A DNA stretch of 64,000 bases, from assembly GCF_000142905.1 (NCBI RefSeq), contig NW_013657663.1, positions 310,001 through 374,000 of the forward strand. The letters run 5' to 3'. Under the pieces are notes generated by a model. That model worked only from the letters and a program-made list of their open reading frames with translations, searched no databases and was not told the DNA's origin. The DNA comes from Thecamonas trahens ATCC 50062 (taxonomy: Eukaryota > Protista > Apusomonadida). Below are positions 33,730-42,720 of this stretch, piece after piece. The position numbers were made by a program, and so were the translations under genes. Position 1 is the stretch's first letter. Each line of letters begins with the position of its first letter.

Positions 33730-34631
33730 TCAGATAGCATGCATGCAAGTTGCGTCTCTCGCCCGCGCACAGAACGCGTCGATCTCTCCGATCCACAACT
33801 CGGCAGCTTCGTCGTTGAGCACCTCATAGCCCTGATCCGCATACAACGACGGATCGTCGAGGCCATCAAACACAAGCAGTTCGTGTAGTGCCTGCAGGAC
33901 GGTGGAGAGGCTCTCGGCCGGGGACCAGGCCTCGCCTAGGATGGGAAGCGAGACCGCGCCCGAGGCCGCATCTACGTAGGGATGAAAGACAGGCGTGACA
34001 AAGTGCAGCTCTGGCGGCGTGTACGGGTAGCCAACCGGCACATCGATGAGAACTTCAAAGACGCCACCCTCGTACGGCGAGCCTTGCGTCGAGACAAGCA
34101 CCATTCCGCGCAGCTGAGTGTAGTTGTCCTCCTCCAGCAGCGCGTACGACCAATCATCGGAAGGGTCCATCTTGTCCATCTCGAGCTCCTACCACCGCCC
34201 TCCCGCTCTCACACTGTAAGAACTGTCGGCATCACTCAGCTCCTCCTGCACCCCGCCATCCGTACCTGCTTCACGCGCTTAGCCCGCGCCCGCTCGCCTC
34301 GACTGCTCCCCGGGCGCGCGCCGCTGCGTTCCGACGCAGCCGAACCCGGTCGCGGGCTTGTCGCCCCAAGGCCACCGGTCAGATGCGCCCTTGTCACGTC
34401 GTCGCGCGAGCCTGCCCGTGACCCCATCCTCGCCCGGGTGTGCAGGACCTGGACAGGGCCGGCATCGTCGCCACCCATGCTGGGTTCGTCGCTCCGCCGG
34501 CGCCGCCCACCACCGCCACCACCACCGCCGCCATGCCGCTCGCCCTCTGTGTGTCTGCTACGCCCCCCACCCTGACTGCTCCCGCTGCGCGAGCGCCGCC
34601 GCCGTGGTTCCCGTCCCCGCCTGCGGTCCAT
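33730..34631 (-). CDS. Ubiquitin E2 variant (UBC fold, catalytic Cys replaced) with an R/G/S-rich N-terminal extension; intron 34265-34189
   Basis: Spliced RAKRVKQ|ELEMD (helix 1), GSPYEGGVF, YPYTPP, FHPYVDAASGAVSLPIL, WSPA, LNDEAA. Confidence 0.85.
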
Positions 34632-34782
34632 GCTCTCGGCTGCGCAGCGCCGGCGAGACGTGTGTGTGCGTGGCCCTGCGCGACGCCCCCCGTCCCGCGA
34701 CGACGGCAGGCACCCATGTACGGCTACCCACACCACACCACTCCAACCACCCTCCTGCTTGGTTGTCGGCAAGGGCGCGGCC

Positions 34783-37580
34783 ATGTCTGCCACTGCCGCC
34801 TTTCTCGCAGACTCGCTGTGGGAGCTCCAGCTCGCCGCCGCCGCCGCGGGCGTGCCACACTCGGTGTCCGACGGCATCGCCGCAGTTCCCGGCCCGGCGG
34901 CCTGGGGGTCACGAACTGGCGCATCGGACAGCACCGCTGCTGCCGCGGGCGCGATTCTTGTCTCGCTCGCCACCCACGCTGCCTCTTCGAGCCCCGCATC
35001 TGATGCGCTGCTACCGGCTGCGCGTGCCGCCGCGGCTGCCGAGCGCCTCCTCGGCTGCGCGCCGCCAGTCGTTCTCCCGCTGCTGCCACCGCCGCCGTGG
35101 ACCTGGTCGGCCTCGGCTTCCGAACTCCATGCGGCCCGCGAGGCGATGGCCGCGCTTTGCGCCTCGCACGCCTCGCCCTGGCGTCTTCTCTCGTACGCGA
35201 CACACGTCTTTGGCGCAGTTGTCGAGTCGCTCCTCGACGATGCGCTCGCCGCCGCCGGCCTCGCCGTCGCTGATGTCGCCGTCTCTGTTGCCGTCATCGG
35301 CTCAGGCGCTGGACAACGCCTCTTCCCTTACCCCACACTGCAGCTATTAGTTATTGACGGTGGCGATCTCGGCCCGGACGTCCACCTCGTGGCGCGCTTG
35401 CTTGGCGCAGGCATCGCCGCGCTCGGCGAGACTCCGCTGGCCGTCCACGGCTTCAGCAGCGGCTCGTTTGTGCCCCCGGGCCTCCGTGTGGCAAACGCCC
35501 ACGCTCTACCCTTAGGCGAGGGCAGAACACCTGAAGTGTGTTGCGCGGGTTCTGCAACCAGCCTTGCGGCGCTTGCTCGCGATCCGGCGGCGCTCGCTCG
35601 CCTGGGCCTTCCGGCCTGGCGCCGCGTCCGATCGTTGCGGCTGGCTGGCTCGGATGCGCCGCATCAAGCTTTTCGCGCCGCGCTCGGTGAGCCATGCCCC
35701 GAAGCTGCGCGTGATCACCTCCGCACCTTGCTTGACGCCTGGTTTGCTCTCGATTGGCTGGTTCCATACGCCGAAGCGCCGGCCGGGCCATCCGCCGCCA
35801 TTCTCCCGCCGACGCCGACCGGCTATGTCTCGCCTCTGAGCGTTTTTTCTTTGTGAGTGAGCTTATTGATAACTGGGCGATGTGTGCTCTGCTCGGGACC
35901 ACGAGCTCGAATGCGGTCACCGACGTGCCCCAGCTCGCCACTCTCTCCAGCTTGCACTGTGCAGGCAGCGTGAATGATGAGCTCGCCGCAACCCTTGAGA
36001 GTGCAATCGCCACCCTTGCCCAGCTCGCGCTCGACACCCAGCTCTTCTACGGCCGCGCCGATGACGCAGCCTACTTTGACGAGCCGGCTACACCGCCGTG
36101 GCCGTTTGATGTCTCCTCAATGGGATACGGCGCCGGCGTCAACGCCGCCGATGATTGCGACTCGGGCGCGGTTTTTGTCCTCTCTGACAGCCAGGCTGCG
36201 GACTTGATCTCGGCCGTCGCTGCGGTTGCACGTCTCGCGCGCGACCTTGACCTGGCCCTTGCCGTTGACAGTGTTGACATGGCGAGTGTCCGGATCGGCG
36301 ACCTTCGCCGCGCGCCGCGGTTGCTGGAGCAAGGTGTGGCTCTTTGCCACCTCGGCCGTCACGCTGAGGCGCTCGAGGCACTCAAACCACTGCTGGGCGG
36401 ACGGCATCCACCAAGTGCCGACTACGCCGGATCGTTGCACATCACAGCTGCGATTGCGAATTTATGTCTCGGAGGGCCTTGCACGTCGGTAGCGGCGGTA
36501 TTGGCGGACCACTGTGCCCGCGCCGGCTCATCGCACTCTCAGCGCGAGTCTCGTGCTCTGGCACTGCTCGATGGCCTCGCCTCCTGGATGAGCTGCGGCG
36601 AGTGGGAAGCATGCCGCGCAGCGGCGGCAGCACACGCCGGTCCGACAGCCGCCATTCCACTCCAATTGGCTGCGGCCGTGGTGGCAACCAGCGCCGGCGC
36701 ACTGGACGAGGCCTATGCCGCGAGCTGCGCTGCACTCAAGAGCGCCACCACTGGCGTGCCGTTTGTGGCGCCCGCCACCGCGGCAGCCGTCCATGCGGCC
36801 ATGGCTTCGGTGGAAGATGCGCGCGTCGCGCCGCGGGTTGCCCTCGACTACCACGCTGCCGCAGTGGCAGCGGCACAGCAAGCATACAACGACGGTTCAG
36901 ACGCCACCGAGACGCTAGCGTACGCACCGCCTGTTGGTGCGCCGACGTGGAGCGCGCGCTCGCCCGCCGTAGCGCTCATTGCGGCCCAACTGGCACATGG
37001 CGGAGCGCTCAAGGCCAGAGGACAGCTCAACGCGGCGTGCGCGAGCTTCCGACAAGCCGCGCGACGGGCGCTCGACATCCACACCTTTCGATGCGCGCCG
37101 GCGATGGCAGCGGCGGCGCTGGAGCACCTTGGCACAACCGAGTTTCTCGCCAGCGAGGTCGCCAGCGAGGTCGCCAGCGAGCACGCCACCGATGGTCGTG
37201 GGCGAGCCGTCAACGCGCTTGCACTTAGCGTCGCCATTCGCGACCACGTGCTGGAGCGACACGATGCCGCGCTTGGGCGAATGCTCAACAATCTTGCGGT
37301 GGCACAGGCCCGGCTCGGCGGCCTGTCCGCGAGCGAGGCACTACTCACCCGCAGCCTCACGCTCTGCGGAGAGGACACAGTCTCGCGGACAATTGCTGCT
37401 CGCATCCACCAAAACCTGGAGATGATTCACACGGCGCAGCAAAGGTGCTCGGCAGCCATCGACGCAGGCGCAGCCAAGGACGTGGCAGACTTTCTTGCTG
37501 CTGCCCCGGTGGCGAGCTCGGCAAGCCTAGCCGCTCGCGCGGTGGCGTCGCTTCACACCGCTCACCCAGCTTCATCGTAG
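34783..37580 (+). CDS. Ala-rich protein with a degenerate DUF294-like nucleotidyltransferase region and C-terminal TPRs; apparent frameshift at about 35806
   Basis: VAVIGSGAGQRLFPYPTLQLLVI...LGET...PLG; TPR-like MLNNLAVAQARLG..SEALLTRSL. ORFs 34630-35856 and 35754-37580 join with one added C. Confidence 0.6.
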
Positions 37581-39265
37581 TCCGAGTAGTACGAGTAGAC
37601 TTCTTCGTAGTCTGTAGTAGACATGCCAGTCGAGCCGCGTGAGCCCAAGTTGGCTGGCGAAGCTAGCGGCGACGAGACTCGCGGTGTAGAGATCGCTGCC
37701 AGCGACCGAGACTGTTGTGTGGCAGCTGGGCTCAGCGGCGCAACTTCCTGCTCCTCGACGTTGGTGTACGAGACGCCGCGCAAGACCACAGTGTCAATGT
37801 CGGCGAGAGTGAGCGAGGGATGCGGATTGGAGACGGCGACCTCAAAGCCGAGACCGGAAAGAGCATGTACAAACGAGTCACGTCGAGTCTGGGCGCCAAA
37901 CGAGCCGGAGACCGCCGAAGAGACTGCCGAGCACACATCGGAGACGGACGACGACCGATCGCGGGCCGAGTCCCAATTGTCCGAGTCGGACCAGGGGGTC
38001 GATGAGCGGGCCGAGTCCAGCGGGCGATCGGGCCTGCTAACCTTGCGGGCAAGGTCGCGCGCTGCCTTGCCGCGGGCGAGCTCGCGGGCGAGCATGGCCT
38101 TTCGACGGGTCTCGCCGGCGCGGACCTGGGCTTGAAGCTGGACTCGAATGCGGTGTGCACGGATGAGGTTGTGGGCCGAGACCGGCTGGCGGCCGGGCGG
38201 AGTCGGGTTGTTGCGGTAGAGGTAGCCGATGAGCGCCATGAGCGTGCCCTTGGGCGAGACGCCGACGAGGCGTCCGCGGCGGACGCACGCATTGTTGCAA
38301 CACATCCAGCACTCAAAATCGGCCTCGCCGTACGGGCTCCAGTACCACGCGTTCATCCGCTCGTCAAAGTCGAACCAGACCGTGGTGATCAGCGAGTCAG
38401 CCGCAAGGTCGGTCACCTTGTACCAGCCTGTTCGCGGCGAGGGCTTGCCTAGCTCGCGCGGGATGGTCGGCATGCGATGGCGACCGCCGCGTGCCGCAGT
38501 CTCAAACGAGTCGCGCATGTGTGCCGGTGCATTAAACCAATCACGATGCGCCGTAGGCGTCGGCGTCGTTGCCATCGGCAGGCTTGACGACGGTGTCGAT
38601 GCCGCCGACGTCTCTGCGGCCGCCGGCCATCGTGGCGGGCCGCGCCGGACCGTGAGCGTGTCCGTGGGCGATGTCGCCGGCAACGGCTCGTCACCGGCCC
38701 TGATGGCACCTACCGCCGGCGACGGCGGAATGACAAGCAAGCCAGGCACCGGTGGCACCCCGCCACCGCGCTTGGCGAGACCCTCGGCAAACGAGCCCGA
38801 CTCGCCGCCCGATGACAGCGTCTTGATCCCGCGGTGCGCGCCACACCCCGAGGCCGCGTCCGGCGCAACCGAGCCCGATGGCGGCGTCACCTTGAGCAGC
38901 GATGGGGTTGGATGGGCGGTGCCACTGTGGCGACCAGCATCGCGGTGGCGAGCGTCGTGGCGGCCAGACCGAGAGCGCCCGGCCTCATAGCGGCATGCGG
39001 CGGCGGCCTTGGCCCGCGCTGCCCGCTCAGCCTTTCGCTCGCGGTGGGCAAGTACACCGCGCCAGACCACCACCACCACACACAACAGACCCAGTGCGAC
39101 CGAGAGCGCAATAGCGGCAACAGCAGCGCCCGAGAGCGTGGCGCCGGGCGGCGGAGGCTCGGCAGCGTCAGTCGGTGGCGGCGGAGGCTGCGCAACGACA
39201 GCCCCGGTGACCAGGACGACGGCGACGGTGGCGACGGCGACTAGCCATGCTACAGTCTGCGGCAT
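37562..39265 (-). CDS. Uncharacterised single-pass type I membrane protein with a long cytoplasmic tail
   Basis: Signal MPQTVAWLVAVATVAVVLV, TM AVAAIALSVALGLLCVVVVVW followed by basic residues; open frame to 37562. Confidence 0.7.
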   Translation of the reverse strand: MPQTVAWLVAVATVAVVLVTGAVVAQPPPPPTDAAEPPPPGATLSGAAVAAIALSVALGLLCVVVVVWRGVLAHRERKAERAARAKAAAACRYEAGRSRSGRHDARHRDAGRHSGTAHPTPSLLKVTPPSGSVAPDAASGCGAHRGIKTLSSGGESGSFAEGLAKRGGGVPPVPGLLVIPPSPAVGAIRAGDEPLPATSPTDTLTVRRGPPRWPAAAETSAASTPSSSLPMATTPTPTAHRDWFNAPAHMRDSFETAARGGRHRMPTIPRELGKPSPRTGWYKVTDLAADSLITTVWFDFDERMNAWYWSPYGEADFECWMCCNNACVRRGRLVGVSPKGTLMALIGYLYRNNPTPPGRQPVSAHNLIRAHRIRVQLQAQVRAGETRRKAMLARELARGKAARDLARKVSRPDRPLDSARSSTPWSDSDNWDSARDRSSSVSDVCSAVSSAVSGSFGAQTRRDSFVHALSGLGFEVAVSNPHPSLTLADIDTVVLRGVSYTNVEEQEVAPLSPAATQQSRSLAAISTPRVSSPLASPANLGSRGSTGMSTTDYEEVYSYYSDYDEAG

Positions 39266-39540
39266 GGTCGCTCGCCCTCCTCCTTGGCCTCGAGTCGGGT
39301 GTGGGGTGTGAGCCACCCCCCTCCCCCCTCTTCCCCTGCCCCTGCCCCCGTCCGGGATCCTGCCCCGGCACCGGGTCACCGCCCGCCTGCCCGATCCGTT
39401 GACTGACCGCACTCGAGGCCGAGCTGCGGGCTCCGACTGGACCGGCACGCCTCTCTCCTCGCTCCAGCCGACTCTCGCCCGACTCTCGCCCGCCTTGGCC
39501 GCAGCGCCCTGCACCCTTACATCTGCTACAGCTCCACGCG

Positions 39541-39831
39541 ATGGCGCAACCCGGACCGCGGCGCAGATGCTCGGGCGAGGATGCCCTCTGTGCGGCGGCG
39601 GCGGCGCTGTGGACGGCTGCCGATGCCGACGCTGTCGCTGCCTGGAACGCCGGGACTAGCATGGCGCGGTCAGCATTGCGGCGCGATGGACGGGTGCCCG
39701 CTGATGAGCTTCTCCGCCGGCGCTGGACCGAACATCACGAAGATGGGGCTCGGCCCCAGGTGACGGGCGCGTCGAGCAGCGCAGTCGACAACGACGCGTG
39801 GCTGGTGGCATGGCTGGATGACGAGTGCTGA
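39541..39831 (+). CDS. Possible 96-aa small protein
   Basis: ATG-to-TGA ORF that fills an otherwise empty interval, with coding-like codon pattern. No recognisable homology. Confidence 0.3.
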   Translation: MAQPGPRRRCSGEDALCAAAAALWTAADADAVAAWNAGTSMARSALRRDGRVPADELLRRRWTEHHEDGARPQVTGASSSAVDNDAWLVAWLDDEC

Positions 39832-39953
39832 TGTGGGTAAACAGGAAGTTTGGTGATGGTGATGATAAAGCGGTTGCTGATGGCTGTCTTTGCTGCCCAG
39901 CGCTCTACTACAGCTTGGTCGGCCCAGCCGGCCTCTTGACTGGCGCACTCTCT

Positions 39954-40258
39954 CTAGTCATACGTCCGAGCTGTCTTCTTCTTCTTCTTGCCGCCACGGA
40001 GCTTGGTGCCGAGGGCGCGCTCAAGCTTGGAGAGGATGGCCTGGTTGGGGATGGCGGTGCCGCGCTCGTACGAGTTGACAACAGTTGGCTTCTCGTTGAT
40101 GGCGGTGGCAAGCTGCTTCTGAGTCATGTTCTTGGCCTGGCGCGCCTGCTGGATCTTCTTGGCCACCGTCAGCTGAACCTTAGCAATCCGCTGCGGCTCG
40201 TCTGCATCGTCGAGCTTGCGGAGGTTCACACCGCCGCCGCGTGCTGCGTTGGAGGTAG
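39954..40258 (-). CDS. MBF1: Multiprotein bridging factor 1 (MBF1/EDF1), last exon; 5' exon(s) lost in the gap
   Basis: KLDDADE...IQQARQAKNMTQKQLATAINEKPTVVNSYERGTAIPNQAILSKLERALGTKLRG; ACTCAC...CAG acceptor. Confidence 0.93.
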
Positions 40259-40383
40259 CTGCGAGGGTGGAGGGTGTGGGTGAGTGAGGGCCGCCCGGGG
40301 GTGGGGGTGGGGGTGGGGTGGGGGGGGGAGGGGGAGGAGAGGAGGAGGGAGGGGGAGAGGAGGGAGGAGGAGAGGAGGAGGGA

Positions 40384-40483
40384 NNNNNNNNNNNNNNNNN
40401 NNNNNNNNNNNNNNNNNNNNNNNNNNNNNNNNNNNNNNNNNNNNNNNNNNNNNNNNNNNNNNNNNNNNNNNNNNNNNNNNNNN
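40384..40483. other. Assembly gap (100 N) hiding the MBF1/Nup85 divergent promoter
   Basis: Both flanking genes lack 5' ends. Confidence 1.
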
Positions 40484-40497
40484 CCCCCCCCACATAG

Positions 40498-42635
40498 CCG
40501 TGCGGACTGGCCTTTGAAGGGGCCAGGCAACCAACTTGCGGTCTTTGCCGCCACCGCGAAACGCCCGCCCACCGCCGCCCGCGCTCCGCGCTGCTGCCGC
40601 CACTGCCGCCCACCACCCGGCCTCGGCCTCGCCGCTCGCCCTCTACGCCTGGGATGCCTTCCCCGCTTGGACCGATCCGCTGCTGGCCGAGTCGCACGGC
40701 ATCTTTGTCGCTCTTCAGCACGCCGCCGCTGCGGCAGCCGCGGCAGCCGCAGAGGACGACACCGGCGCTGGAGTCGCTCCCTCCTTGGGTGAGACAGCAC
40801 CGGGCGGCCGTGGCGTGGGCGCACTTTCGCGGGCGCGTGTCGTCGACGCCTCGCGCCACTATCGGGCCACCATACATGCCCAGATCCTGGCGCTCAAAGA
40901 CCGCGAGGCCCGCCTTGCCGAGGCGTTGGCGGTCGCCGACGCTGACGGCGACACCTCCGCCGCTGCCGTCGCCGAGCAGGAGCTGGCAGACGCTGCCGAC
41001 CAGTCGCTGCTGTACGAGTCGGCCGAGCTCATCTGGCACCTTGTCGAGGTATTCTTCATTGCTGCGCCGTCGTCGGGCCTCATCGCCCCGCTCCTTCTCG
41101 ACTGGCTCCAGCTTCACGTTCCTGTCGATGGCGTGCTTGATGTGGCTTCGGCCCCGGCCCCGCTCGCACATCCAGACTTTTGGTTCGTCATCCAGCGCCT
41201 AGTCCTCCAGGGCCGCATGGACACTGCGCGCGAGCTCATCGGCTCGGTCACCTCGCAGGACATGGCAGAGCTTGACCTGCTCTCTGTCACCGCCGAGGCA
41301 CTCGGTTCCATGCCGCTCCCCTCGCCGGCCTCCCCGCTCACCGAGTACCTTCCGGCGTGGAAGGCCTGGCACGATTCGGTGGCGGCCATGGTCGCGTCAT
41401 CGCCGGATGTGCAATCCCATCCCGAGCTGAGCAACATCTTTGCCCTCCTCCTCGGCTCAGAGACCGCCCTCGTCAACGCCGCCACGTCGTGGTACGAGCT
41501 GCTTGTCGCCCGCATGCTCTTCGTCGACCCGGCAGTCAAGATCCACGACGTCAAGTCACACACAGCGCCGGCCATTGCTGCCGTCGAGGGCGATGACCCG
41601 GCGCTTCGCTCGGTTGACCTCGTCCTCCTCGCCGTCATGAACCGCGACATCCACACCACCCTCCGCTACTGCGTCGCCCTCATTGGCTCGCACTGGTTCG
41701 TCGCACACCTCACCGACCTTCTCGCACACGTCGGCGCCATCGAGTCGTTTGCCCTCGGCTTTGGCACCTCGCTCCGCGAGTTCTTCCTCCTCGAGTACGG
41801 CCTCAAGCTCATGTCGTCGCGCCACCACTGGCAGCTCGCCGCCACCTACTTTTCGCATGCTCCGAGCCTCGGCGCTGCCCACATGGCTGCCCTCCTCGAG
41901 ACCACACCACATCCCACCGCCGCCAAGACCCGCAAGCTCATCAACACCGCGCTGTTCCACGGCCTGCCGCGCCTCGCCACCTCCATCCGCGCCGTCCGTG
42001 CTCGCGCCTACCTCGACGCCAACGCACTTGTCCCGGCCCTCAGCTGGTACCTCGCCGCACGCTCGCCCACTGCTGTCTCGGCCGTCGCCGACCGCATCAT
42101 TGACCTCGCCATCGCCACCGACGCCCTGCCGGATCTGCACATGCTCGACGCGCTGGGGCCTGACTTGGTCGTCTCGGAGCGCCTCGCCTTTCTCGCAAAG
42201 TACCGCGAGTTTGACGTCCTCTCCCGCGCCGGCGATCTTGCAACCGCAGCCACCCTCCTTGCCAAGCTCCTCGCATCCCACATCGTCCCGCGCCGCCTCG
42301 TTCTTCCGCTCCTCCGCCAGGCCGTCCCGCTCCTAGAAGCGCCGGACGCCCTCTTCTCCGCCCAGGAAACCTACGCTCTCATGGCCGTCCTCGCAGACGT
42401 CTCCCACGACCACCGCTCCCCGCCCACCGCCCGTGTCGACGCGCAGCTCATCTCGCTCGCCCTCTCGCGCAACCTCGCCCGCGCCCTCCTCGACACCCCC
42501 ATTCCCACCAAGCCTCACCTCGCGGCCTCCTCCGCCCCGCCGTCACATCCGGCCTCGCACAAGCCGCCCGCACCCAACGCCTCCTCCTCGGTCTTCAACG
42601 TCACCATCTCGGCCGACCGCTTCCACCGTGTTTGA
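40498..42635 (+). CDS. NUP85: Nucleoporin Nup85; 5' end uncertain next to the gap
   Basis: ESHGIFVALQ, SRHYRATI, ELIWHLVEVFFI, LLDWL, HPDFW..LVLQG, WFVAHLTDLL, LREFFLLEYG, LAFLAKYREF, ALSRNLARAL. Confidence 0.92.
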
Positions 42636-42720
42636 GTTTGGGATGGCGAATAAAATGAAACGGCACCCCTTGTTGGACCGCATCAACATCCAGGTTACAT
42701 GGTTCATTTATCTCTTGGGT

